Counted from the first letter of the stretch, positions 41,185-51,147 are shown. The stretch: 64,000 nucleotides of DNA from Moorena sp. SIOASIH (GCF_010671925.1 NZ_JAAHIH010000001.1:805053-869052); one strand, 5' to 3'. Numbers and translations: made by a program. The notes: generated from the sequence alone by a model not told the origin.

Positions 41185-42270
41185 ATGTCCATTGAAGTTG
41201 ACTACCGCTTTCCGACCGGTGTTGATGTGGAAAAACAAGCGAAAGTGATTGCTGTTGGGCAAACCGCAGGCACCTGGAATGCTCGTTTTGCCCATCTCGA
41301 CAATGTGTTTCGCTCCCATCTTGGTACTGTTGTTCAAGGTGTCATTAACCCTGATGGTTCTGGTTTGGCTACCATCCGTTTTCCCGAAGCTAATGTGGAA
41401 AACGATATCCCTACTCTACTAACCATGATTTTTGGCAAATACTCCATGGCAGGACCAGCTAAAGTCATGGCAGTGCGCTTGCCAGAACACTACGGTAGGC
41501 ATCCCAAATTCGGAATTACTGGGATTCGGGAAAGACTAGGAGTAGTTGACCGTCCCCTGATTATGGCAATTTTTAAGCCAGCGTTGGGACTCTCAGCGGA
41601 AGACCATGGAGCGATTTTACAAGAGGTTGCTGGCGCTGGACTTGACATTATTAAAGATGATGAGATTCTGGGGGATTTGGAGATAGCACCAACCCTGAAA
41701 CGTCTAGAAGTCTGCCGTAAGGTACTCGATGAAATAAAACAGCAAACTGGGCGCACTATACTCTATGCCATTAATGTAACTGGTTCGGCTGACAAATTGC
41801 TTGATAAAGCTCATACCTTGGTTAAAGAAGGGGCAAATGCCCTGCTGCTGAATGTCTTGACCTACGGTTTCTCTGTCCTAGAAGCCTTAGCTGCTGATCC
41901 AGAGATTAATGTGCCAATTTTTGCCCATCCCGCCTTAGCAGGAGCGCTATGTGGAGCCCCAAACCACGGGATGGCATACTCAGTGGTTTTGGGAACCCTG
42001 ATGGCTCATTGTGGAGCAGATGCGGTGCTATATCCCGCCCATTATGGTAATTTACCCTTTGACCCAGAGGAGGAAAAGCCAATTCGAGATAGTTTGCGAT
42101 CGCGCAATGTATTTCCTGTCCCCTCCGCTGGCATTCATGCCGGGATTGTGCCTAAGGTTGTAGGAGATTACGGACAAGAGGTCATTCTTAATGCTGGCAC
42201 TGGCATTATGGATCATCCCGATGGTCCTGCTGCTGGCGTTAAAGCATTTTTTAACGCTATACATTCATGA
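41185..42270 (+). CDS. mtnW: RuBisCO-like protein (form IV). Probably the 2,3-diketo-5-methylthiopentyl-1-phosphate enolase MtnW.
   Basis: RuBisCO large-subunit C-terminal barrel motifs (GLDIIKDDE...). It lacks the CO2-fixing active-site context and is clustered with mtnD/mtnX/mtnB. It is 361 aa, shorter than typical RLPs, so the N-terminal domain is reduced. Confidence 0.7.
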   Translation: MSIEVDYRFPTGVDVEKQAKVIAVGQTAGTWNARFAHLDNVFRSHLGTVVQGVINPDGSGLATIRFPEANVENDIPTLLTMIFGKYSMAGPAKVMAVRLPEHYGRHPKFGITGIRERLGVVDRPLIMAIFKPALGLSAEDHGAILQEVAGAGLDIIKDDEILGDLEIAPTLKRLEVCRKVLDEIKQQTGRTILYAINVTGSADKLLDKAHTLVKEGANALLLNVLTYGFSVLEALAADPEINVPIFAHPALAGALCGAPNHGMAYSVVLGTLMAHCGADAVLYPAHYGNLPFDPEEEKPIRDSLRSRNVFPVPSAGIHAGIVPKVVGDYGQEVILNAGTGIMDHPDGPAAGVKAFFNAIHS

Positions 42271-42428
42271 TGGGGTAATGGGGTGATCGGGTGATCGGGT
42301 CATGAAAAGATAGGGTTGATCATACTTATGAGGTACACTTCGGTTTCTTACCCCTACTCCCTAATCCCTACTCCCTACTCCCGCACAACCCCAAGGGCGT
42401 TAGAGAACTGCTATAGTAATCCCTGTAG

Positions 42429-44605
42429 ATTAGAGTCGATGCTGGGGATTAGCCCAGGCACCTCTCCTTCAAAGCCGTGCGTGAAACTTTCGCCTCACAC
42501 GGCTCCTAGATTCTCTCAACCTTTCGGCTTGTCTTTCGACTTGCTCCAGTGAATCTGTTGGTGGCAACTTTGGTGAACAGCCATAAGGTTGTCTCTCTTC
42601 CAGTTGTTATGATTTTCATCGATGTGGTGGAGGTGGACTCTTTCCTCATCTATGAATTTCATTCCACAGTATCCACAGGAATGGTTTTGTTTGGTCATCG
42701 CCTTGGATGTATGATTGTCGTATAGCGCACTGTTTCGTTTGCTCCAATATACTAGGTCTCCGTCATAGGGGGACTTAGTTCCTGTGACCATCTTATGTCC
42801 AAAAAGTTTTGTTTTCACTGCTGGGAAAGCTTTTTTACATAGTTCTTTAGCTTCATGTCGGTTCATTTTCTTTTCCTTTCGGAATTTTCTATTTGCCGCG
42901 TAGTTTAGGAACCATAGGCTATCCCGAGAATTGCTCATATCACACCATTTGTGATAGTTTCGCCATCCTCTTACAATGGGGGCTAACTTCTTTGCTTTGA
43001 CTTTTGCACCATAATTCGAGCTGTTGACTACGGTTTTAATCTTCTCACGTATTTTCCTATGATTGTCCGCTGAGGGCTTACAATGGAATTTTCCGTTTTT
43101 CTTGACCCGCATATGCCAGCCAAGGAAGTCGAATCCGTTTGTCGTTTTAGTTATCTTGGTCTTTTCTTGACTGATTTCAAGACCTCGTTCCTTTAAGAAG
43201 TCTTCTACTTTTTGTAGAATTTTCCTGGCATCATCTTTTGGTTTTAGAAAAATTATCATGTCGTCCGCGTAACGGACTGATGGGTGTATTTTTTCTATTC
43301 CGTCAAGTGCGATGTTGGCTAAAAGTGGGCTGACTATTCCTCCCTGGGGCGTTCCTTGTTCATGGAATTCCGGATTGATGCCAGCTTTTAAACATCTGAA
43401 TATCCCCTTCTTCAGATTAGCTGGGGCTAACAACCTATCCATAATGGATTTATGGGAGATGCGGTCAAAACACTTTTTGATATCTAGCTCGATTACCCTT
43501 TTTGTACTGCCTTTCTTTGCTGCATTCAGGTTGGTGAATACATATTGTTGGGCATCATGCGCACTGCGTCCAGTCCTAAACCCGTAACTCCGAGCGTGAA
43601 AGGTAGCTTCGTGTGCAGGTTCCAAGGCGTATTTCACTAGACATTGCCATGCTCGGTCAGCGATGGTTGGGATTTTCAGCATTCTGATTTTCCCATTCTT
43701 TTTAGGGATTGGTACTGCTCTGAGTCCGCTATGTATCCAGTTATGGCCATATTGGTTTAGCTGTTCCGTTAATTCGATTCGCTGACGGTAATTGAGGCTT
43801 TTTCTTCCATCAATACCAGCAGTGCGTTTTCCCTGATTTAGTTTCGTCACTTGACGGACGGCCAATAGCTGTGCTGAACGGGATTTCATGATCAGTTTCT
43901 GTAGAGACCTGACTTTCCTCAAGTCACCAGCTTGAACCGCTTTATATATTCTTCGTTGTAGGCGGAATAAGTTTTGGCGGAGTTTTTTCCACTTTTGACT
44001 TTTCCATAGTTCGCTATATCTGTTTGACATGCGTCTAACCGTACTCTACGTTTGTTGAACATATTCTGAGAACCCGTGCCCAGTTTTGAGCACATCTTAC
44101 CCGACAGTGGGGATTGAGTCTGGCATGACTTACTGAAGGTTCGACCAGCCTTCAGACCCATTTATCGCTGTCGTTTTTACTCGTTCCGTCTAGTGGATTG
44201 TTTCGGCGATTTAGGTCAGCCCACTTTGCCTATTCCCCTCTCAGAGATTACGGATGTCATGTCAAAAACTCCGTGAGAGTAGAGAATTTCTTCCACATGT
44301 TTTATTCAGGTTGTGGTTGGCTATTTAGACACTTTTATAGGACTACTTAAACCATGTCGCCTCCCCGTTAGCGCCAGTGTTGTTACCTGCTTATGGTCAA
44401 CTGATTGCGCCCTGTTGCCAGCGTCACTCTGGAGGAATGCCGTCCACCTCGGTGTGGCCAGATAGGGAGTCATATGTCTCCTCATAGGATGGACTTTCAC
44501 CATCATCCGCTAGACAGTTAGAACTTTTGAGGTTTTAATTCCTCGCGAGTCCCCCAACCCATACCCCTCTATTCTCTAGAGGCTCCTGATTGGAACGAGC
44601 CGCAC
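42429..44605 (-). mobile_element. Group II intron (IIB-like, with an RT-maturase-HNH intron-encoded protein), copy 1, minus strand.
   Basis: The 5' end is GUGCGGCUCGUUCC (reverse complement of 44592-44605). A domain V hairpin and the domain VI ...CAUCGACUCUAAU 3' end lie near 42429-42500. It encodes an intact intron-encoded protein. Confidence 0.85.
42516..44030 (-). CDS. Group II intron reverse transcriptase / maturase with a C-terminal HNH endonuclease domain.
   Basis: RT motifs including YADDMIIF, a maturase X domain, and an HNH (CGYCGMKF...HLHHID.NH..W...NL...H..CH). Confidence 0.9.
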   Translation of the reverse strand: MSNRYSELWKSQKWKKLRQNLFRLQRRIYKAVQAGDLRKVRSLQKLIMKSRSAQLLAVRQVTKLNQGKRTAGIDGRKSLNYRQRIELTEQLNQYGHNWIHSGLRAVPIPKKNGKIRMLKIPTIADRAWQCLVKYALEPAHEATFHARSYGFRTGRSAHDAQQYVFTNLNAAKKGSTKRVIELDIKKCFDRISHKSIMDRLLAPANLKKGIFRCLKAGINPEFHEQGTPQGGIVSPLLANIALDGIEKIHPSVRYADDMIIFLKPKDDARKILQKVEDFLKERGLEISQEKTKITKTTNGFDFLGWHMRVKKNGKFHCKPSADNHRKIREKIKTVVNSSNYGAKVKAKKLAPIVRGWRNYHKWCDMSNSRDSLWFLNYAANRKFRKEKKMNRHEAKELCKKAFPAVKTKLFGHKMVTGTKSPYDGDLVYWSKRNSALYDNHTSKAMTKQNHSCGYCGMKFIDEERVHLHHIDENHNNWKRDNLMAVHQSCHQQIHWSKSKDKPKG

Positions 44606-44675
44606 TAACACTATTAGAATCCTGAACAGCGACAGTTGTTACTCAGAACTCAGCACTCTTAGACTCAAAACTATT

Positions 44676-45383
44676 GTGAATCGAGTTGTATTCTGCGACT
44701 TCGACGGTACCATTACCGCCGTTGAAACCTTTGTGGGCATGCTCAAACAATTTGCTCCCGAGTTGTCCGCCCAAATTATGCCCCAGCTGTACAGTATGAA
44801 GCTGACTCTAAGGGAAGGTGTGCGCCAGATGTTAGAGTCAATTCCTTCAGCCAGCTATCGTGAAATTATTGCCTAGGCCCAATCCAAACCGATTCGGCCT
44901 GGTTTAGAGCAATTGTTAGACTTTCTTGATACTCAGAATGTCCCTTTTATTGTCGTTTCCGGTGGTTTGCGCTGCATGGTCGAAACGGTTCTGAGTCAGG
45001 GAAGCACGGGGAAAAAACCTTTACTTGAGCCGGTAGCAGCTATTTATGCTGTTGATGTGGAAACGACCGGGGATTTTCTCAAGGTAACCTCTGAGTTTGA
45101 AGGAAATACAGAACTTGTGTCTAAAGTGCAAGTGATGGCACAACACCCGGCTCAAGAGCAGATCGCCATTGGGGATTCGGTAACGGACTTGAATATGAGC
45201 CTGAGAGCCCCCGTAGTATTCGCCCGCGATCGCCTCAGCAAATACCTGGACGAGCGCCAAAAGCCCTACATTCCGTGGGATGATTTTTTTGATGTACAAC
45301 AAAAGCTATCCCAGCGGTGGAACAGTCAACAACTCACCGCTAAGTCTTGTGAGACTATAGCGGGAGCTTGTGAAAGCTCATAG
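44676..45383 (+). pseudogene. mtnX: HAD-family 2-hydroxy-3-keto-5-methylthiopentenyl-1-phosphate phosphatase (MtnX-like) interrupted by an in-frame TAG at 44874-44876.
   Basis: HAD motif I (FCDFDGTIT) lies in the first ORF (44676-44876) and the GDSVTD motif in the second (44913-45383). Both are in the same frame, separated by one TAG codon. The gene is flanked by two inverted group II introns. Confidence 0.65.
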
Positions 45384-45507
45384 TTGACCAGACTAAGACC
45401 GTTCTAATGGTCTACGTTATTCGAGTCATAACACCTGTAGATGCGTGCCAGTCTTCAGCTCTGTTGTTAACAATTAAACATCTGTAGTGAGTTAAGGAAG
45501 TGTTGTT

Positions 45508-47803
45508 GTGCGGCTCGTTCCTAGGAGGAGCCTCCAGAAACTGGAGGGGTATGACTAGGGGGACTCGCGAGGACTATCCCTCAAAAGTTCTAACTGTTCG
45601 TCGGATGCAGGTGAAAACCCTGCCCTTTAAGAGATAAGTGACTCCCTACCTTGGCCACACCGAGCGGGCGGCAACTCCGCAGAGTGACGCTGGCACCAGG
45701 GCGCAATCAGAACCGAAGCAGATAGGTAACACTGGCGCTAATGGGGAGGCGACATGGGTAAAGTAGTCCTAGAAAAATGTCTAACTTCCAAGCCACAATC
45801 TGAAACAAAATGTGCGACTTTATCATTTTATTCTCACAGCGTTCTAACAACGATAGCTGTAATCTCTGAGAAAAGGATAGGCAAATTGGGAACGAAGTTA
45901 CCGCAAGAATAGTGGAGCCTTTATAGTTAGAGGGTTATGGGAAAAAGGGTTAAAAATTTTGTAGTAAGGCTCCACTATTCTAAGGTTTCATCTCCGGACT
46001 GCCCTAAATCCCCAAAACAATCTGACAGACGGAACGAGTAAAAACGACAGCATATTGGGTCTGAGGAGTAGTCGAACCTCAGTAAGTTATGCCAAACCTA
46101 ATCCCCACTGTCGGGTAAGATGCCACCGGAAACTGGTGGCGGGTATCCAGAATACACGAAACTAATGAAGAGCATGGGTAGACACATGTCAAAAAGATAT
46201 AGTGACCTATGGAAAAGCCAAAAGTGGAAACAACTCCGCCGGAATCTTTTCCGCCTACAGAAGCGAGTGTACAAAGCGGTTCGAGATGGTGACCTGAGGA
46301 AAGCTAGGTCTCTACAAAAACTAATTCTGAAATCCCGCTCAGCACAACTGCTGGCAGTCCGTCAAGTGACTCAGCTTAATCAAGGAAAAAGAACAGCCGG
46401 AGTAGATGGGAAAAAATCCCTAACCTACAAAGAACGGTTCGAGGTACTTAAAAGACTAGGCGACCGTGCGGAAAACTGGACGCACCAAGGGTTGAGGGAA
46501 ATCCCAATACCCAAGAAAAACGGGAGCACGAGAATGTTAAAGGTACCGACAATCCAAGATAGGGTATGGCAATGTTTAGCAAAATTCGCCCTTGAACCAG
46601 CCCACGAGGCAACGTTCAGTGCCTTCAGCTACGGGTTTAGGACAGGCAGATGTGCCCAAGACGCACAAAAGCTATTATTCCTAAATTTAAAATCAGATAG
46701 AAATGGCATAAATAAAAGGGTAATCGAGTTAGATATCAAGAAGTGCTTTGACCGCATCTCCCATAGCTCCATTATGGATAGATTGCTAGCACCTGCGGGT
46801 CTGAAACTGGGGATATTTAGATGTCTAAAAGCAGGCATCAATCCGGAATTCTATGATGAAGGAAGAGGCACACCCCAGGGAGGAGTAGTCAGCCCACAAA
46901 AGCGCCAATATTGCACTTGATGGAATAGAAGAAATCAACAAAGGCATCAGAAGCATTAGATATGCGGACGACCTGGTGATTATACTCAAGCCAAAAGATA
47001 ACGCTGAAAAGGTTTTAGAAAAAGTGAAAAACTTCTTAACTCAACGTGGATTAGAAGTAAATCAAGAAAAGACCAAGTTAACCAAAACGACAGACGGATT
47101 TGACTTCCTGGGTTGGAAGTTTCGAGTCCAGAAAAACGGAAAATTCCGGTGCATTCCCTCTGTGGAAAACCACCGGAATATCCGAAAGAAGATTAAAGCC
47201 GTGGTGAATAGCTCGAATTATGGTGCCGAAGTAAAAGCTCAAAAATTAGCCCCAATCGTACGTGGATGGAGGAACTACCATAAAAGCTGCGACATGAGCA
47301 GTTCCCGAGATAGTTTATGGTTCATGAATAAAACCGCAAACCGTAAATTCCGCAAGGAAAAGAAAATGAACCGGCGTAAAGCCAAGGAACTATGCAAGAA
47401 AGGCTTTCCAGCAGTTGGGTACAAACAAAATCAACACGTGAACGTCAAAGGAACTAAGTCCCCGTATGACGGAGACCTAGTCTACTGGAGTATGCGGAAC
47501 TCCGGACTATACGATGGTGCTACCGCCAAAGCTTTGGATAGGCAAAACCATTCCTGTGGACATTGTGGACACAAGTTCTTAAGCAACGAATATGTACATC
47601 TTCATCACATCGATGGAAACCACGACAATTGGAAGCATAAGAACCTAATGGCAGTACACCAAAGCTGTCACCAGATGATTCATTGGAGCAAGCCGAAAGG
47701 CAAGCCTATTGGTTGAGGATACTTAGGAGCCGTATGAAGGGAAACCTTCACGTACGGTTCTGGAGCGGAGGTGCTCCCCGTAATAGGGGACATCGACCGT
47801 AAT
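45508..47803 (+). mobile_element. Group II intron, copy 2, plus strand. It is about 75-80% identical to copy 1 and its intron-encoded protein is frameshifted.
   Basis: The 5' end is GTGCGGCTCGTTCC at 45508. Domain V GAGCCGTATGAAGGGAAACCTTCACGTACGGTTC is at 47727-47760. Domain VI and the 3' end ...CATCGACCGTAAT are at 47803. Confidence 0.8.
46120..47716 (+). pseudogene. Group II intron RT-maturase-HNH disrupted by a +1 frameshift near 46895 (track ORFs 46120-46920 and 46976-47716).
   Basis: The protein reads ...TPQGGVVSPQKRQYCT* in one frame, while ANIALDGIEEINKGIRSIRYADDLVIILKPKD continues in the +1 frame. Compared with copy 1 there is one extra nucleotide (CAAAAGC against CTTTTA). Confidence 0.7.
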
Positions 47804-47867
47804 AACCTAAAAAGCTCTTATAACATTGTCAAGGCAAACTTTACCCACTTGTGGAGTGTTCAAAGTA

Positions 47868-49151
47868 ATGCGAGTTTTCGTGCTAGATAAAAACAAACAA
47901 CCATTAGATCCATGCCATCCAGCACGGGCTAGGGAGTTACTTAAAAAAGGGAGGGCTAAAGTCTTTAAGCGTTATCCATTTACTATAATCATGCAAGACA
48001 GGGATGTTGAGAATTCTGTTACTCATCCACACAGAATCAAGATAGACCCTGGATCTAAAACAACCGGGATTGCCATCGTTCAGAAAAAAACTGGACGGGT
48101 CACAAGCGCCTTGGAAGTTAATCACAGAGGACAGAATATCAAAAACTCTCTGGAATCCAGAAGAGCTTTAAGGCGAGGTAGGCGAAATAGAAAGACTCGT
48201 TACCGCAAACCTCGGTTTCTCAATCGAAAACGCCCAGGAGGGTGGCTGGCTCCATCGCTAATGAGTCGAGTATTTAATATTGAGACTTGGGTAAGACGGC
48301 TAAGGAAGCTGTGCCCAATAACCACCATATCTCAAGAATTAGTCCGGTTTGATACTCAAAAAATGCAAAATCCCGAAATATCGGGTGTAGAGTATCAACA
48401 CGGTGAACTGTTTGGGTTTGAGGTGAAAGAATATCTGCTTGCCAAGTGGGGTTATAGCTGTGTTTACTGTGGAGCAGAGAACGTCCCCTTGGAGGTTGAA
48501 CACATTACTCCAAAATCTATTGGAGGGACTAATAGAGTCAGCAACCTAACCTTGGCTTGCCGACCTTGTAATCAAAAGAAAGGTAGCGATCTGATTGAGA
48601 AATTTTTACGTAAAAAGCCGGAACTTCTAAAAAAAATACTGGCATTGGGTAAATCCCCCTTGAAAGATGCAGCAGCAGTTAACTCAACTCGTTGGGAAGT
48701 ATGGAGGAGGCTGCAACTGACTGGATTACCTGTTGAAACAGGTTCTGGTGGTCTGACTAAGTTCAATCGTAAAACCAGAGAGATTGAGAAAACCCATTGG
48801 ACTGATGCTGCTTGTGTAGGTAAATCCACTCCTCAGACATTACTACTAAATGGAGTGAAACCGCTAATAGTTACAGCTAAAGGTCACGGGGTGCGCCAAA
48901 GATGTCGTCCAAATAAATATGGCTTTCCAAAAGCTCATGCGCCTGCCGCTAAGTTTTTCAAAGGTTTCCAAACGGGCGATATTGTCAAAGCTGATATCAA
49001 AAGAGGGAAGTATGCCGGTCAATACACAGGACGAATAGCAATTCGCCATCGTCCTAGTTTTGCACTCTCTACTCCAGAAAAGAAAATTGATGTACATCCA
49101 AAGTATTTACAAACAATTTTCAAAGCTGACGGCTATGAATACGCGAGTTAA
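47868..49151 (+). CDS. iscB: IscB: OMEGA-system RNA-guided nuclease (PLMP domain, split RuvC, Arg-rich bridge helix, HNH).
   Basis: An N-terminal MRVFVLDKNKQPLDPCHPARARELLKKGRAKVFKRYPFTI (PLMP-type). RuvC-I IDPGSKTTGIAIV. The bridge RRALRRGRRNRKTRYRKPRF. RuvC-II SQELVRFD. The HNH CVYCGAENVPLEVEHITPKSIGGTNRVSNLTLACRPCNQKKG. RuvC-III HWTDAAC. About 427 aa from the ATG at 47868. Confidence 0.8.
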   Translation: MRVFVLDKNKQPLDPCHPARARELLKKGRAKVFKRYPFTIIMQDRDVENSVTHPHRIKIDPGSKTTGIAIVQKKTGRVTSALEVNHRGQNIKNSLESRRALRRGRRNRKTRYRKPRFLNRKRPGGWLAPSLMSRVFNIETWVRRLRKLCPITTISQELVRFDTQKMQNPEISGVEYQHGELFGFEVKEYLLAKWGYSCVYCGAENVPLEVEHITPKSIGGTNRVSNLTLACRPCNQKKGSDLIEKFLRKKPELLKKILALGKSPLKDAAAVNSTRWEVWRRLQLTGLPVETGSGGLTKFNRKTREIEKTHWTDAACVGKSTPQTLLLNGVKPLIVTAKGHGVRQRCRPNKYGFPKAHAPAAKFFKGFQTGDIVKADIKRGKYAGQYTGRIAIRHRPSFALSTPEKKIDVHPKYLQTIFKADGYEYAS

Positions 49152-49159
49152 ATTAATCA

Positions 49160-49290
49160 ATGATTCGCGCTTGGCCTATGGCCACGCGGGGCGCGTTCGC
49201 TGGCCTATGGCCACGCATTCGCGTTCAATTTATTCTCCTGCGGGAATTCCCCTCCCGCTAAAACTAACGTTTATAACGGGAGTCCCCTTC
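49160..49290. repeat. Cluster of short hairpins and direct repeats downstream of iscB; a candidate IS200/IS605-like right-end structure.
   Basis: TGGCCTATGGCCACGC occurs twice (each a 5-bp-stem palindrome). GCGGGAATTCCCCTCCCGC and ACGGGAGTCCCCTTCCCGT are hairpins. Confidence 0.35.
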
Positions 49291-49301
49291 CCGTATTTAA
49301 G

Positions 49302-49985
49302 ATGGTTAATCATGGCTCCTCAATCCGAAATCACCACCAATTACTATCAGCAATTGATCCAAGACCAACTTTAATCAGTGCTGCCAGCCACTTTTATCAA
49401 TTAGGTTGGATGGTGGGCACAGCCGGTAACCTTTCTGCTAAACAGCCCGATGGCAGCTTCTGGATTACTGCGAGTGGATGCCATAAAGGGCAGCTAGGCA
49501 GCAAAGACTTTATTCCCATAGCCACTGATGGCAGGGTGGTAGAAAAACCATCACCTGAATCTCGTCCTTCAGCTGAAACAAGCATTCATCAAAGTATCTA
49601 CTCTTTATTCCCAGATGCTAAAGCCTGTTATCATATTCACACCATTGAGTCGAATTTAGTTTCTGGCTTTACTAAAGAAGATACTCTGCCTTTGCCGCCG
49701 CTAGAAATGCTTAAGGGATTTGGAGTACGGGAGGAGAACCCCCAAGTCACGGTACCAGTATTCGTCAACCATCTGGATGTGTCTCGCATTAGTAGTGAGA
49801 TATGCGATCGCTTTCAGGCTGCACCACCATCAATCAATCTCCTATTAATTCGGAACCACGGTATAACGGTTTGGGCGTCTTCCACCGAACGTGCCCAGAT
49901 CTACTTGGAGTTAGCCGATTATATTTTTCGATATATGGTAGCTGCTCGACAAATTGAGCTTAACACCACTTCCATCAAGAATTAA
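49302..49985 (+). CDS. mtnB: Class II aldolase/adducin-family protein, probably the methylthioribulose-1-phosphate dehydratase MtnB.
   Basis: GTAGNLSAK phosphate-binding motif and HIHT zinc-ligand motif. Located in the mtn cluster. Confidence 0.7.
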   Translation: MVNHGSSIRNHHQLLSAIDPRPTLISAASHFYQLGWMVGTAGNLSAKQPDGSFWITASGCHKGQLGSKDFIPIATDGRVVEKPSPESRPSAETSIHQSIYSLFPDAKACYHIHTIESNLVSGFTKEDTLPLPPLEMLKGFGVREENPQVTVPVFVNHLDVSRISSEICDRFQAAPPSINLLLIRNHGITVWASSTERAQIYLELADYIFRYMVAARQIELNTTSIKN

Positions 49986-50052
49986 CTAAAACAATTACCG
50001 AATTGCTCAATCGGAACAATTCAGCAATTCAGCAATTATTTAAGGCAATTAT

Positions 50053-51147
50053 TTAACCAGACTTGATGGTAGTCCGTATACTGCCCATCACCAAAATCAC
50101 TAGGGTAACTATCGTTAGAGGTACGACAAATGTCATCATGATAGTACTAAACTGTGATAAAGCTTGGTGTTGTGTGGCGTTTAGGAACAAATACAAGGTA
50201 TAGGCACCGTAATAGCTTAAAAAGAGAAATCCCTCCCACCTGGAAATTTGATAGCCAGTAAAGAAAATTGGTAGACAAGCCACCGCCACTGCAATCATTA
50301 CTGGAATATCGAAGTTTAGGGCAGGAGTTGACACCTTTATACCATCAGGCACAATCAAGCTACACATCCCCAGCACCAACAGGATATTAAAAATATTGCT
50401 GCCAATAGCGTTACCTACGGCAAGATCTCGCTGACCACGGACACTGGCAATAATGGAGGTGGCAATTTCTGGAAGAGAGGTGCCAACAGCGATAATGGTT
50501 AAGCCAATAATCAACTCGCTCCAGCCAAAGATCTTGGCCAGAGCAATAGCTCCATCAATCAACCACTGGGAACCTAGTACTAACATTCCTAAGCCGAAAA
50601 CAATCAGCCCTAACTGAGTAACTATCTTTTTAAGGCTAGTACGAGACTGGCGAGATTTGGTTTGAGGGGTATCCTGGCCTGGGATTTCCTGATTTTCTTT
50701 GCGACTCTGAATAATGGTAAATAAAGTATATGCGATCGCGCCAGCCAACAGAATGCTCCCATCAAATCTACCCAGTTGGCCATCCAAGCTCATAAACAAG
50801 AGTAGGAATGATATGCCAATCATCAATGGTACATCTAATCGCACCAACTGCCGGGATACAACCAAGGGTAACATAGTTGCCGATATGCCTAAGATTAGCA
50901 AAATATTGGCAATGTTGCTGCCAACGATGTTACCAAGGGCAATATCCGCTTGTCCTTCATAACTCGACTGCAATACTACGGCTAATTCTGGGGCACTGGT
51001 GCAGTAAGCGACTATAGTCAGCCCGATCACTAAGGGGGAGACACCTGCTACCAACGCCAACTGTGATGCGCCCTTGACCAAGATTTCCGCCCCAACAACT
51101 AAAAGTACAAAGCCAGCAATAAATAAAATGAGAGTGATTATGTTCAT
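50053..51147 (-). CDS. Ca2+/cation antiporter of the CaCA family (YrbG / Na+-Ca2+ exchanger-like).
   Basis: Two alpha-repeat motifs (GNIVGSNIANILLILG and GNAIGSNIFNILLVLG). About 10 TM segments. 364 aa. Confidence 0.85.
   Translation of the reverse strand: MNIITLILFIAGFVLLVVGAEILVKGASQLALVAGVSPLVIGLTIVAYCTSAPELAVVLQSSYEGQADIALGNIVGSNIANILLILGISATMLPLVVSRQLVRLDVPLMIGISFLLLFMSLDGQLGRFDGSILLAGAIAYTLFTIIQSRKENQEIPGQDTPQTKSRQSRTSLKKIVTQLGLIVFGLGMLVLGSQWLIDGAIALAKIFGWSELIIGLTIIAVGTSLPEIATSIIASVRGQRDLAVGNAIGSNIFNILLVLGMCSLIVPDGIKVSTPALNFDIPVMIAVAVACLPIFFTGYQISRWEGFLFLSYYGAYTLYLFLNATQHQALSQFSTIMMTFVVPLTIVTLVILVMGSIRTTIKSG

Noticed and set aside
44321-44506. Small ORFs inside the group II intron ribozyme regions (44321-44506, 43919-44161, 43312-43587)
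   Set aside because: They lie within intron domains I-IV, or antisense to the intron-encoded protein, so they are structural RNA and not coding.
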